Shown one piece after another: positions 22,053 through 34,014 of a DNA stretch of 64,000 bases. A model generated the notes under the pieces. It made no database searches, had not been told where the DNA came from, and was given only the letters and a program-made list of their open reading frames with translations. This DNA comes from an uncultured Methanosarcinaceae archaeon (GTDB taxonomy: Archaea > Halobacteriota > Methanosarcinia > Methanosarcinales > Methanosarcinaceae). Every line of letters begins with the position of its first letter. The first letter of the stretch is position 1. Made by a program: the position numbers and the translations under genes. The DNA is taken from positions 288,001 to 352,000 of the forward strand of contig CAVTET010000003.1 of the NCBI GenBank assembly GCA_963733675.1, in the 5' to 3' direction.

Positions 22053-23519
22053 TCAGTAATTTATGAATTCGAATCCCTTTTCTAAAGCAATCCTCCTGAG
22101 ATACTTTTCAATATATTTTTCATCCCTTTGTGAAAAACCCGCGTCTTTGGCAAGCTTGTTGAGTATTTTTTGAACTCCTGTTCCATACTGAATTGCTTTT
22201 TTTTCTTTCCAGAGAAGTTCCGGTGGGAGGAGATCCTCTGCTGTTTTTCTGAAAATATATTTCCTTATATACAAGCTACCTTTTTTCAGCACTTTTAACT
22301 CTGGGATGATGGATAGGCCTGTTTTAATTACATCCTTATCTAGAAAAGGTACTCTGAGCTCTATAGAGTTAGCCATAGTAACCATATCATCCCTTTCAAG
22401 ATTGACCACTGAAATTTTTTTAATATCCGAATAAATTTCTCTATCAAGTACTTCAGATCCTTGTTCAAGGAAAACCTCATGCCTCCTGTACCCGCCGAAA
22501 AGCTCATCTGCACCTTGCCCTGTAAGGATGACCCTCTTTCCATCTTCTCTCGCAATTTTAGCAACAACGTATAGAGGAATTCCGATTGCAATTTTCATAG
22601 GGTCAACGGATTCAGTTGCGCGAATAATCTGCGGAATTAAGTTTTCGATTTCTTTGACAGACAAGAGATGTATTCTCAGAGAATCCTTCATACCAATAGC
22701 TTCAGCAGCTTTCTCTGCCTGTGTAATATCATGGGAATCTGGAAGCCCTACAGCATAAAGAGGAGTAGCCGGATTAATTCTCTTTGCAAGGACTGCTAAA
22801 AATGTGCTGTCAATACCACCGGAAAATGCAATTCCTGAAGTTGATGTAAGCCGGAGTTCCAAGGCCTTTTCAATAACAGCCTTCAGATGAAAAACAGCTT
22901 CAAATTCACCCGAGATCCTTTTTTGCGGAGGCTTTATTTTGAGGGATCGTTCTTCAAAACTTCCATTCTTCATATTAAAACTCAGGATGCTGCCGGGGGG
23001 TAAAGGTTTAATATCTCTTCCTGTAGTAAAGAGGGCCTTTTTTTCGGATGCGAAAATTATTTTTCGTTTTCCTTTTCTTTTTTTGGCGGAATAAAAAAGA
23101 GGTTTGACACCTACAGGGTCTCTGGCCAACACAAGTTCGTTATCACAGGCATATGCTAGAGCATAGTCTCCGTTTACTGAGGAAAGTACCGAAAAGACAG
23201 CGTTTATCGGTATACATCCCTTACTAATTCGGGTTTCTATCAGGGAAAAAAGCGCTTCAGTATCAGAATCTGTTATTATCCCGGATTCAGATGCAAGTTC
23301 CTTGAAATTGAATATTTCTCCATTTACTGCGAGAGCCCCTTTTCCTGCCAAAGGCTGGGCCATATCTCCTGTAATTTTAAGCAAAGTATTCCCTATACTC
23401 AGATTTTTTGCCTGATAAGTTCCGCAGGCATCAGGTCCCCTATGTTCCAGAGCTACAAGCATTTTTTTCACTTTAATGTTCGTATCAGGAGTTCCGGTTG
23501 CTCCTGCTATTCCGCACAT
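22053..23519 (-). CDS. asnB: Asparagine synthase (glutamine-hydrolysing)
   Basis: MCGIAG, HRGPD, NGEIFN, SDTE, RDPVGVKPL, SGGIDS, TGQGADELFGGY and ELRVPFLD motifs. Confidence 0.95.
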   Translation of the reverse strand: MCGIAGATGTPDTNIKVKKMLVALEHRGPDACGTYQAKNLSIGNTLLKITGDMAQPLAGKGALAVNGEIFNFKELASESGIITDSDTEALFSLIETRISKGCIPINAVFSVLSSVNGDYALAYACDNELVLARDPVGVKPLFYSAKKRKGKRKIIFASEKKALFTTGRDIKPLPPGSILSFNMKNGSFEERSLKIKPPQKRISGEFEAVFHLKAVIEKALELRLTSTSGIAFSGGIDSTFLAVLAKRINPATPLYAVGLPDSHDITQAEKAAEAIGMKDSLRIHLLSVKEIENLIPQIIRATESVDPMKIAIGIPLYVVAKIAREDGKRVILTGQGADELFGGYRRHEVFLEQGSEVLDREIYSDIKKISVVNLERDDMVTMANSIELRVPFLDKDVIKTGLSIIPELKVLKKGSLYIRKYIFRKTAEDLLPPELLWKEKKAIQYGTGVQKILNKLAKDAGFSQRDEKYIEKYLRRIALEKGFEFINY

Positions 23520-24785
23520 GTTTACTCCTTTTTCATCCTTTTTAGAATATCCACGTGCTCTATTTCTATTTAGCAGTTTGCCAATTAGAGGGAATTATTT
23601 TGTCTTCATTTGGATTCGTTTTTACCAGAATTTACGCATTTGAATTTTGCAAGCTTAAATCCAATTGAAATACAATTAACTTTAACAAGATGATATAAAT
23701 AGTTAAATTCATGTTTATAATTTGCCAAAATTTACTGACTTTGGTTTACATTAATTTATCATCCTGTATCTATATTTTTTTGATTCATCTAAGCTGTTCG
23801 CTGTTATGCTCCTATAATCAATGTTCATAACATGATTGTTTTGCTTACCTCCTTAATAAACACTCAGATGCACAATCTTTATGGGCTCAAGCAAGGGAAT
23901 TCGCAACTCTTAACGAGAGTTACCTGATTGTCGATGAAAAGATATCTATGATTTTTTTTGAGAAAAATACATTTTGTTTGTATAGGTGGAGTTGCAATCA
24001 TCATCTATCGATTGAGGTAATTGGTATGATTTCTTGGTCTAGACAGATGATAAGTTTATCTTACATTATATTTTGTATATAGGATACCACCATAAATACC
24101 TGTATTGTTTACAGCTTGGTTTAGTATTACTTAAAAACATGATAATATGTATCTAGTAAAATAAAATATATGTAATTATTTTATGACTCCGCAAGACAGC
24201 AAGTAAAATATACTCACCCAATATCTCTCTGAGTCATGAATATCTTTTTGATCGTATGTAACTGGTTACGATCTGTTTCCGGTTGCTGATCAAAAAATAA
24301 TTAAGAATGTATTTTTGCTTTTTGTGGTTGCAATAAATTTTGTGCGGAATTATTTTTTGTTTAGAAACTATTTTTCATATAATTAATTTGAAATAAATAA
24401 TAGATAATTGTATATTGTAACTTAATCTGAACAAATTTCGACAGTTTTAGGTTTAAAAAGCTGCTCGATTTTGATCCTTAAGCGCACATATTATAAATTT
24501 CTTTGTTCAATTGCGTATGTCCTACTGTATATGACAGGTCTATAATGAATCTATAGGAATGGTGAGTCTCAAAATTTAACACAAACTCGAATTGTAATAA
24601 CCTAATCAGCACAGGAATTTGAGTTATTTTGCTTCAGAGGGATCTAGCAAGATGGCGAAAATATATCCAATAATTGATCATATTAGATATATCGGATTCT
24701 TGTCTTCTATGAAATCTGATGTCCATTATGATTCATTAAATCATTCTGATTACTAATTTGTGTAAAAATTTTCGAGGAATAGCTG

Positions 24786-25337
24786 ATGAAAACTGGATTG
24801 TTATTAGTAGTGATGATCTCTGCGATGCTGATGGCTTCAACTACGATTTATGCTTATGAAGGTTCCACACATGATGCAATAGCTACCTTGAAAGATGCGA
24901 AGGGCAATACAGTGGGACTGGCCAACTTTACAGAGGACGCTAGTGGCCTGGTCCGTATCAACGTCAACGCGAGCGGCTTGACTCCATGTTTGCACGGCAT
25001 CCATATTCATAATAAAGGAAACCGTACCGGGTAGTCGTTCATCTCGGCCGGCGGACACTACAATCCTTTGAGCAAAGAGCATGGCCTAAACAATCCGAAA
25101 GGCCCCCATGCAGGTGACTTGCCCAACCTAGAAGTGAGCGAGGATGGTATGGGACATATGAATATCACCACCACCCTTGTGACATTGTCACCAGGGCCGA
25201 CCACGTTATTCACAGCCAACGGTACTTCACTGGTTGCCATGCTTAATCCTGATGATGAAATGATAAATCCTGCTGGAAACAGTGGCTTGCGGGTTATCTG
25301 TGGAATCATCAATAAAGCTAGAAGTGAGAAAAGATAA
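24786..25337 (+). pseudogene. sodC: Cu/Zn superoxide dismutase (secreted) with an in-frame TAG and active-site erosion
   Basis: Signal peptide, HGIHIH, AGGHYNP, KEHG, PHAGDLPNL and GNSGLRVICG. ORFs 24786-25034 and 25068-25337 are in the same frame, separated only by TAG at 25032-25034. Confidence 0.88.
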
Positions 25338-25808
25338 CGTTCAGGACGATGAAGCAGCGTGATTTATCTACGCACAATTGCCGGGGTCGCTGACTAAATG
25401 AACGAATAGACTGGCGAACGAGTCTATATTTACCCATGCTACCGCTTGGCAATGAATTCTAAAAGAAATGAGCATAAGGTAACTTGGTAGCCATATTGTT
25501 ACTTATTCACTTCATATCCCTTATCAGGACAAATCCTTCAAATTAACCTTCAGATTTTTTAGTGTGTAGTATTAATCTTGAAGATATAATAAGGGTGTAC
25601 AATGTCTCAGGATTGAAGTGTAGAGTCCTATAAAAGCTATGAGGGAAACATCCCTTTTCAAAGAGACGTTTTCACGGGACCGTTTACTAAAGCAATTATT
25701 GCAAGCACTCCAAACGCGGTTCGAAACAAGAGATCAACGCCACCTACATTTTCTTCCAGAATCCATTTTTGAAATCCGTCGGATAAACTCTCTTCTAAAT
25801 CATTTTAT

Positions 25809-26279
25809 TTCAATCGAATACCTCGCAGCTTGCTGCGGGGATGGAAAATTTCCCCGATAACCGTTGTTAAATAATAAATTTATATTTTTTGCTACATTTG
25901 TACTGTAAATGGAATTAAGACGTGCAAATCATTGTGTATATAAAATCAGATATCACATGGTTTTTTGTTTGAAGTACCGTAAAAATCTTTTTTTAGGGAC
26001 AGAACTCATAAATTTTTTGAAAAATGTATGCTTTGAAATTAGTGAAAGATACTATTTTGAGTTTGAGGTAATTGGTAGTGATGGTGATCATGTAGATCTT
26101 TTTGTTGGAGCTGAACCAAAGTATTCTCCTTCAAAAGTCATGCAAATTATAAAGAGTAGGGAAGAAAAAGAAGCATATCAGCAAATGAAAATACTAGATT
26201 TTTAATAGCCATTACAACCAGAACGGTGGTGTGAACATACCCCGTTGCTTGCAGCGGGGTGCGCCAGCACAACTTTGAT
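25809..26279 (+). mobile_element. IS200-type element, internal deletion derivative
   Basis: Same ends as 4770-5391, also preceded by TTTAT. The tnpA ORF (25909-26205) has HUH changed to HVD and lacks ~150 bp including the catalytic Tyr helix. Confidence 0.9.
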
Positions 26280-26304
26280 TTGTTAGCTATGTTTACCCTA
26301 TCGC

Positions 26305-26643
26305 TTACTTGTTTACTTGGTTTTCAATTTCGGTTTGAGTTTGTGTATATTCGATTTGTAAGCTGTTGTACTCACTGGGCATTATTTCAAGCTCTAACTT
26401 TATTAATTTGGCTCTTGCTTTTTTTATTAAAATTTTGTCTTCTGCTATAATTTTGAGATTTTTAACATCACTTATATACTTTTTTATTTCATCTTTTGCA
26501 AGAAGTTTATTTTCTTTCGCTTCTTTTAATATATTCATTTTAATATCTTTTATGCTATTTGCTTTTTTTACGATCTCTTCTAGTTTTTCAAGGTTTTTCT
26601 TAAGCTTATTGATTTCTTCTGATATCTTTGTGTCTTCAGCCAT
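26305..26643 (-). CDS. Hypothetical coiled-coil protein
   Basis: 112-aa K/E-rich helical ORF with a GAGGG RBS-like sequence. Confidence 0.65.
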   Translation of the reverse strand: MAEDTKISEEINKLKKNLEKLEEIVKKANSIKDIKMNILKEAKENKLLAKDEIKKYISDVKNLKIIAEDKILIKKARAKLIKLELEIMPSEYNSLQIEYTQTQTEIENQVNK

Positions 26644-26913
26644 CTTAGCCCTCTTAAATTGTTGTATTCGTAGACTCTTTTATAGTACTATATAGTATAA
26701 AGGAGTTGTATTCTTAAATATAAGTAATTAAGGATAGGAATAATAATATGATTGAGATCATCGAGTATAAAGTTCATATTGAATCAGCAATAAAAATAAT
26801 TCATTTTACATCTAATTTTCCTCGGAACGAGGGAAACTGTGTAGTTACTCACAAAACGACCTAAATCGTTATACGAATAATCCTATTTTATGTGTAGAAC
26901 ATTAGGGGGAAAT

Positions 26914-29500
26914 ATGGAGATCGAATCAAAGTTTATGGTATTAGGCGAAACAGATATTCAAGACCTTGAAGCGCTATCTCAACTGGGAGATTATTCTATT
27001 TCCGAAGCTGCAGTACAGATGATAGAAGATACATTCCTGGACACAAAAAAAATGTCTTTAATGGCTGAGGGTTATTATCTGCGACTACGGAAAGAGATTG
27101 GACAAGAAGGACAGTGGTTGACCATCAAGAGCCTGGGCGGGTTCGAAGATGGAGTGCACAGAAGAGAAGAATATAACAGTTTTCTACCAAAAGAGGTTTC
27201 TGCTTTTGAATGTCCAGATATCAGGATAAAGGAACTGATTTTCGAACTTAGTTCAGGATTCGACTTGCTCCCATTCCTGAAACTTAAACAAAAGAGGATT
27301 TTACACCAGGTGAAACTGGGAGAAAGACAAATAGCCGAATTATCTTTGGATCAAGTGAGCCTTAAAAGCGAAAAAGGGGAAAAGCTCTACAACGAACTTG
27401 AAGTTGAACTGAAGACGGAAGGAACATCTCAAGATCTGCAGGTTATTGTGGAATACCTAATGGAAAATTATAACCTTGTAGAAAATCCCTTTTCAAAATT
27501 CGAAAGAGCACTTCTCTTCAAGGATAATCTGCCGGAAAAAACAGTTTTGAGCTTCAAGGAAAGGGCTTTTTGTATGCAACTTTCAGACCAAGAAAATGTG
27601 TATGGAAAGCAGGCTAGAATTCTCCTTTCGCTGGATAAGGGTTCAAATACGGCAGAATTAAGCCTTTTTCTAAAAATCCCTGAGCTAGAGATCAAAACTC
27701 TATACTCTAGGTTTGAAAAAGAAAGGCTTTTCATCTTCCCTTTTAGCTCTGAAAAGAATGGAGCAAGAGAATTTCATTTTCAGGCAAGGCGCTGCTCACT
27801 GGGCAAAAGTCAAGAATATATCAGCTCCAAGGAGTGGACCCTTGAAACCCTCTTTGAGCTCTATGGAGTAAATAAAGACAGGGCAGAAAATATTAGAACC
27901 AATGCATTCATACTTTTTGATGGACTATTCCCCTACCACAAATTAGGGCAGGAAGAGAAAGAAATACTGGGCTTTGCAGCTCCTTTTCATGAGATCGGAA
28001 TCACGGTTTCACTGAAAGAGAAAGCCAAGGTTGGTAAAGAAATCATCTTGACCCATCCTCTTAAAGGGTTAAAGCCCCACGAACTCGGGATGCTCTCTCT
28101 TATCATGGAACTCCAGTCTCCAGAAATCAACGTAAAAAATCTGTCATCAGCTCTTGAGAAATCAAATATCATGTTACCTCCAGAAATCAAGAACAAAGCA
28201 TTAATTCTTGCTTCTCTTGTTCGGATTGTGTATTCTCTTGATAAAAGGGACTGGAAGTTCTTACCAGGCAAGATCAAGCAGGTCGAGGAAGCAGTTGAAG
28301 TAAACATTTTCGGGCAGGATGCGAAAAAAGCTGTAAAAAGAGTCGAAAAAGAAAGTGAATTATGGGAATACCTTTTTGGCACAAAACTCCTCTTTACTCA
28401 TGGAGAAAAAATTAGTGAAGTAGGGTTTATTGAAAAAAAGGCCAGAAGAATCTGGTGAAAGAACGGAAATAAAGGATGAAAGTAAAAAAGAGAAAGGAGA
28501 TCTAAAATTTGCAGTTAGACCTGAACACTCTATGTCTATGGTAGCTCATAAGGTTTTTTCCCAGCAGTTTGCTAGAATGCTTGCCCATGAGAAAGGAACA
28601 CGGAAGGGAGAAAATATAGAAGAACTTCACGATATGAGGGTTGCGATCCGCAGGATGAGGGCTGCTGCAAAAATCTTTGAAGCATATATTGATTCAGAAA
28701 AGCTTGGACCTCACCTGAAAGAACTCAGAAGTACCCTTGGAGCACTCAGAGATGTCAGGGATTTGGATGTTTTTCGGGAAAAAGCTGAAGAGTATCTAAA
28801 AAAACTTCCTACTGAGAACAAAAATGATCTTGAACCCCTGTTTACTGTTCTTGCCGAAGAGAGGAAAAAAGCTCTGAAAAACATGCTTCTCTATATGGAC
28901 AGGGAAAAATATGCTAATTTCAAAAAAAAGTTCTCAGATTTTCTTTCTGTTTCAGAATACTGGGCTCTGCCAACTACAACCAGAAAAAGCGACGCACTGC
29001 CACATCGAATTAAGGATGTGCTTCCTTCGATCTTATATTCCAATTTCGCAGACATCTGTGCCTATTCTGAATGGGTAGAAGGACCATATGTCTCTGTAGA
29101 GAGACTGCATAGACTGAGGATTGCAGCCAAAGGACTGCGATATACACTTGAGTTCTTTGAAGACACGTTAGAAAAGGAAGCAGAAACAATGATCAAAGAA
29201 TTTAAAATTCTTCAGGATCATCTTGGAGATATACAAGACAATGTTGTTGCAATTGATTTGTTGGGATCTTATCTACGGACAGGAGATTGGGACCTTTCAA
29301 AAAGGTTGCAGTATTCTGCAGAAAAGAAAATTCCTGACTTCCTGAAAGGAGTAGAAGCCTACAAGACATATAGGGAAGAAGAACTCCACACGCTACTTGA
29401 TACTTTCCTAGAAGCCTGGATAAAAATCCAGAGCGAGGAGTTCAGACAGAAAATTGAAAGCGCAATCAAAAACCTGTATAGAGAGCCAATGTTTTTATAA
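26914..29500 (+). pseudogene. CYTH (triphosphate tunnel)-HTH-Ppx/HD-like-CHAD multidomain protein, split by one frameshift
   Basis: MEIESKF (CYTH ExExK), DTFLDT, LRLRKE, ELEVEL, FHEIG (HD-like). CHAD motifs LHDMRVAIRRMR, LHRLRIAAKGLRY and LQDHLGDIQD. The two ORFs overlap at the A7 run 28433-28439. Confidence 0.85.
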
Positions 29501-29868
29501 GGGAAAGTAGGGGCCATTTATAGTCCTCACATTAAAAATGAACACTTGATAAAATGAAGAAAATGTGGTTCTGGGCACGTATAATATTTTTGCATTAATT
29601 GTAACTATTTAGGTAGCTTGTGAGTGAATAATTTTCATTGCTGAATTATTGGCAAACATATTCGTTACATGAAGATACTTACTCATGAATTATTATGGGT
29701 GGACGAAAAGAAGAAGCGCCAACGAAAAAATAAACTGGAAATTTATGAGGAAAAATGTTAATGAGGATATTCTCCAGTATTAAATGTTGAAGAATTGAAT
29801 TGCTAGCACACTAGTAATGACAACTAAAATAGGAAGTTATATCTCTAACAAATTTCTTTTACTTTTCC

Positions 29869-30288
29869 ATGTACACAGAGAGCTGGAAAAAAATTAAAAC
29901 AAAGGTACCTGGAGACCTTTGGGAAAAAATAGAAGATTTGGGTTTTGATAGTCCTAATAAAGCAGTTATTACCGCCTTAGAAAAGCTAATAGGTGAACCC
30001 GAATTAAAACGTTCTGGGAAAGAGCAGGAAATTAAGATACAAGAATTGGGAAATAAGCTTGAGGAGGAACAAAAGCGTACTCGAGAATTACAAAGAGAGC
30101 TTGAAATAAAAGTGGAAGAGACACAGAAGCGAATCAAAGACTTGGAAAAAAATATTGAGAAAGCGGAGAGGAGGGAAATATATCTTGAAGAAATTCACAA
30201 TAATTACATGCTCCAGGTTCAAACTTTGATTAAGCAAAAACAGATTTTAGCGCCTGGAGAAAATAAACCATGGTGGAGATTCTGGTAA
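29869..30288 (+). CDS. Hypothetical protein: ribbon-helix-helix (RHH)-like N-terminus, coiled coil, C-terminal KPWWRFW tail
   Basis: 139-aa ORF with a heptad-rich middle region and an aromatic C-terminal motif. Confidence 0.75.
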   Translation: MYTESWKKIKTKVPGDLWEKIEDLGFDSPNKAVITALEKLIGEPELKRSGKEQEIKIQELGNKLEEEQKRTRELQRELEIKVEETQKRIKDLEKNIEKAERREIYLEEIHNNYMLQVQTLIKQKQILAPGENKPWWRFW

Positions 30289-30439
30289 AATCTGAAAGGT
30301 CTTTTTTTTAAATAGGTATTTTGAAGCGTGAACTATCACTCAGCTGAAGACTAAGCGACTTCTTGGTTCATTCCTTTCTCTTTCGAGAACAATTCTCCAT
30401 ACCCATCCTCCGCATTTCACAGGTGTCAGATTACAATTA

Positions 30440-31530
30440 GATAGTAATCAATTATAGAAAATTCTTTGATATTAATTGCAGTAGTAATGTGTCTATCATG
30501 TTTGGTCTTGCAATCAGGACAATTCCATTCTCTGTCTTTTAGTGTTAACTCATAGAACTCATAGTTATGTTATCCACAAAAATGAAAGATCTTAGATGAT
30601 GGTTCAAATTTACCTATCATAAGAATGTTTTTCCTGCTCATTCTGATACATATTCGAATTTTGTTACAAAACTACTCCACACCGAATCACATATAACCTG
30701 TGTTAATGGTGATTCTTAATATGTCTTTAACATTCAGAGTTTCAACAGCTATTGCTTAGTTATCGCTAAAAAATTTAAAGGAGAATTTGTATTGAAAATC
30801 ATTTCTCTAATTTGTTATTTTCTCATGAAGTACAGCAAGTTCTTATATAACCTGTTCTCTTTTTTATAACAGTTCTGTTTTTTGACTAACTCTATTAAGG
30901 GTACTTTAAGCCTCTCCGAATAGTTTTTCAAGTGCTTAGGAGTTTTAATTTTTTTTCCAGTTGATATAATAGCAAAATCTTTTTTCCCAGAGCCCATCCC
31001 GGTAGTCGTGGATTTCGAAAACATAGTTTAACTGAAGTTCTCTTCCATCGTCCACTAAAATGTTGATGCAGTAATCTCCTGTGCGAGACTTCGAAATGGT
31101 AGCGGTTTTAATTCCCCTTCAAATGTTTTATGAAGAACTTCTTTGATTTCTCCAATTTTAGGAAGCTTAAAAGTATCGTTTTCAAAATTCACATTGCAGT
31201 GTTCTGGTATCGGAAATAACTGAATTGAGTTCTTCTTTAATTTGAATTTAAGAAAATCATTTTTTCTCGAAAAAATCTATTGAATGCAGATTCCATAAGT
31301 TTAATCATGCCCTGAAATAATTTAGAATTGACTTCTCCTAACCATAGATTTTGCTTTTCTAGAGTCGGATTTAATTCTGTTAAGTCAAACATAGAAATGA
31401 TTTTCAGATTTGCTCACATATTTCTATTTTCTGATCAAAAGCCGACTATAAACAAACATCCAACTATCTATATGTTGATTAAGTTGATTCAATTTGTCAA
31501 TTGTTGGATATAGTCTAAAATTGAATTTTT
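30440..31530 (-). pseudogene. tnpB: IS605 TnpB relic
   Basis: Fragments YPTIDKLNQLNQH (HTH_OrfB), FKLPKIGEIK, KDFAIISTGKKIKTPKHL, EWNCPDC and KHDRHITTAINIK; many stops. Confidence 0.8.
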
Positions 31531-31539
31531 TCAGACAAG

Positions 31540-31762
31540 AACCACATCCATATACCCTTTAAGAACATACCAAAGTCAGCACTCTTGCGATCATTCGAGA
31601 ACTGAAACCAGAGACGACAATTAAGCTACGGAAAATTCAAAAAGAATAATTGAAAAATACTATTGGAAAGAACATACACTATGGAATGATGGATATTTCA
31701 CATATTCTATCGACAATGGTAGCAAAGAAGCAGCCGAAAATTGCATGCTGAACCAGAGTTAA
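31540..31762 (+). pseudogene. tnpA: IS200 TnpA C-terminal relic
   Basis: PKVSTLAIIRELK, YYWKEHTLWNDGYFTYSI and SKEAAENCMLNQ; the catalytic Tyr is lost. Confidence 0.7.
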
Positions 31763-32002
31763 AGTTGACGCTTACCCACTAGGCTAAAGATCCAATGATT
31801 TTATGCTTTGCCATATAAAAAATGGATTAGCCCCTAACTTTGAAAACTTATATAAAACCTAAAAGATTTTATTGTATTAAACTCACGAATTAATTACACA
31901 TTTTAAATCAATTCGAAGGGAAGAGGTATTAATAAAAACAGGAGAAAAAAATTTTCACCTGAAGGAACGGAAGCTCATTATAGAAAGCATGCCGGAAAAT
32001 TT

Positions 32003-32573
32003 GTGATCGAACTGGAACTCGATAGCCTGGAGCAACTTAGTAATTCTTTTGACCCTGCTCCATTCCATGAAAAAGAGCTGAATCCAGATGCAGAAGATTA
32101 TATTTACAACGCTGTGGATGAATTTCCCTTGAAAAAATCTCTTGAAATAATGATACATCTTCCTCCTAACGAAATCAGTACAGAAATCGAAGTTAACCTC
32201 ACAAGAGCTATACAGAATCACTTCTCTTACAAGAATCTCCTTACTGAAATCGAACTAAGAAGAATTCTTTATCAAGGAAGAACAAACTTCCTAATAGCTC
32301 TTATTTTTCTTTTTTTTGTGTCTACTTACAATTCGACTGTTTTCGAACTTTGAAGAAAGTTTGATGAAATCTCTTTTCTCTGAGGGGCTCCTTATAATTG
32401 GGTGGGTTGCCATGTGGGAGCCAATAAACACTTTGTTATACGGTTGGTGGCCTATTGTCCACAAACGCAATATATATCAAAAAATAATTGATATGGATAT
32501 ATCTATAAGGACAGTCTCTCAAGCAGCAGAGAACACTTTTTATTACCGTTTTACTCAAAATAAAGAATTATGA
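32003..32573 (+). pseudogene. Hypothetical membrane protein split by a frameshift in a T8 run
   Basis: FDPAPFHEKELNPDAEDYI...; the second frame continues EGLLIIGWVAMWEP. T8 run at 32310-32317. Confidence 0.75.
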
Positions 32574-33296
32574 GATCTTTAGAACATAATTAGAACATAA
32601 AATTTATGCGGTTGAACTAAGAATCAACAGTGGTAAATATTTAACTTCCAAAAATAAAAAAAGTCTTTCACCATGGGATCTTTGGAGCAAGATCAAGTAT
32701 ACAGTTAAGACTCCCAGTTTTGGATGATCTTTTCGATTATATGAAAAAAAGAGGTTTTAAAGATTTCTCAAGTTAATCTTTTCTAATGAGCACAAAAAGA
32801 AGAGGACAAAAAGCAATCAGATAATTTTTTTATTGAATCAAGCTGAACGATGTGTTATGTACATCTGATAAAGCAAGTTCTTAGGAAAGTGCAAAAAAAG
32901 TGAAAATAAATGGTTGAGAAGTTAAAAAAGCATTTGTGGATCGTCATAAAACATATAACTCGATAGGGGGAATTGGGGAAATTTTATCAAGTATCTGAGC
33001 TTAGTTAGTGGAGTATCAAATAATACTAAAAGAATAGATATGGCCTTGATTAAAAATTAGTGAAGTACTATATTTTGCCGTACTTCATGTGAACTAAATT
33101 TATTGAGGCTTTATATCTAAAATCAGATAAATTCTCTATTTTTGCGGTTTTTCTATTGACTTTTTGCTAAACTAAGTGATTTGTATCTGGAGGGGACGAT
33201 GAAAATTTTTAATACTGTCCAAACATAATATATTTTTTTATTACATTGGTTGAACCATCTTTTCTAATTCCTGTTCCCACCTTCTAAGGACTATTT

Positions 33297-33347
33297 ACTA
33301 AATAGTTCATGGTAGAAATAAATAAAGACTATACAAAAGGTATATAA
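33297..33347 (+). promoter_or_regulatory. Promoter of repeat cassette A (ACTAWWTAGT box, BRE, TATA)
   Basis: ACTAAATAGT at 33297 and TATATAA at 33341, 44 bp apart, the same spacing as in copies B and C. Confidence 0.65.
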
Positions 33348-33367
33348 TAAAATAAATCTAACAATAA

Positions 33368-33577
33368 ATTAAAGGTTCTTAAATACCTTTACACAGAACT
33401 CTATGAGCTGCAGGTATCTTTGCCATGCTTTTTCAATGCAGCTCATAAGATTAACGTTTGGACATCTACCATCGTTGATGACCACCAGATTTAGAGGATT
33501 TCACAAAGACAGTAGCTGTAATATCTCCAAATAGGTCTTCGAGGGTAGGTATGGAAAAGCCTGTATTCAGGATCATG
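33368..33577 (+). ncRNA. Candidate structured RNA or 5' leader, copy A (long form)
   Basis: Stem-loop 1 (SL1) AAAGGT/ACCTTT. SL2 has an 11-bp perfect stem TATGAGCTGCA/TGCAGCTCATA. SL3 is imperfect. Homologous to 49445-49630. Confidence 0.55.
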
Positions 33578-33625
33578 AAAAAATTTTCAATCAAATCTTT
33601 AAAATATACCTAGTGAGGAAATTTC

Positions 33626-34006
33626 ATGAAAGTACTACTCGTAGATAATGATCCCTTATTTCTGGAGCTGTCAAAGACTTTCCTTGAAGTATTTCACGGA
33701 ATAACATCCGATACTGTGAATTCTGCAAGGGAAGCACTCGCCAAATTGGAGAAAGATTCCTATGATGTGATAGTTTCGGATTATGATATGCCTTTTATTG
33801 ATGGCATCACATTCTTGAGAAGTATACGTAATAAGAAAATTAGCATTCCTTTTATTCTTTTTACTGGATTCGGAAAAGAAGAAATCATGCACTTGGCAAT
33901 AGAAAATGGTGCAAATTCTTTTGTACATAAAACAAGTAACCTAAAAATCCAGTATTCAGAGCTGTCAAAGAAAATATTGCAGATTGTAAGTAGTAGTACA
34001 GGTTAG
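33626..34006 (+). CDS. Stand-alone response regulator receiver (CheY-like)
   Basis: VLLVDND, DVIVSDYDMP, DGITF, FILFTG and HK; ends in TAG. Confidence 0.92.
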   Translation: MKVLLVDNDPLFLELSKTFLEVFHGITSDTVNSAREALAKLEKDSYDVIVSDYDMPFIDGITFLRSIRNKKISIPFILFTGFGKEEIMHLAIENGANSFVHKTSNLKIQYSELSKKILQIVSSSTG

Positions 34007-34014
34007 CTAATTAC

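Larger units (their letters stand above)
30328..31815 (-). mobile_element. Decayed IS605-group element with divergent tnpB and tnpA
   Basis: Right-end hairpin ending GATAGTTCAC (minus strand) at 30328. tnpB relic on the minus strand, tnpA relic on the plus strand. End hairpin CCCACTAGGCTAAAGATCCAATG at ~31775-31797. Confidence 0.8.

Noticed and set aside
28432-28440. A_AAA_AAG slippery heptamer in frame, suggesting a programmed -1 frameshift into CHAD
   Set aside because: The CHAD ORF is in the +1 frame, so a -1 shift would not reach it.
33474-33482. TGATGA (C-box-like) in cassette A suggesting a C/D box sRNA
   Set aside because: Not conserved in copy D (TGATTA), and no suitably placed CTGA D box was found.
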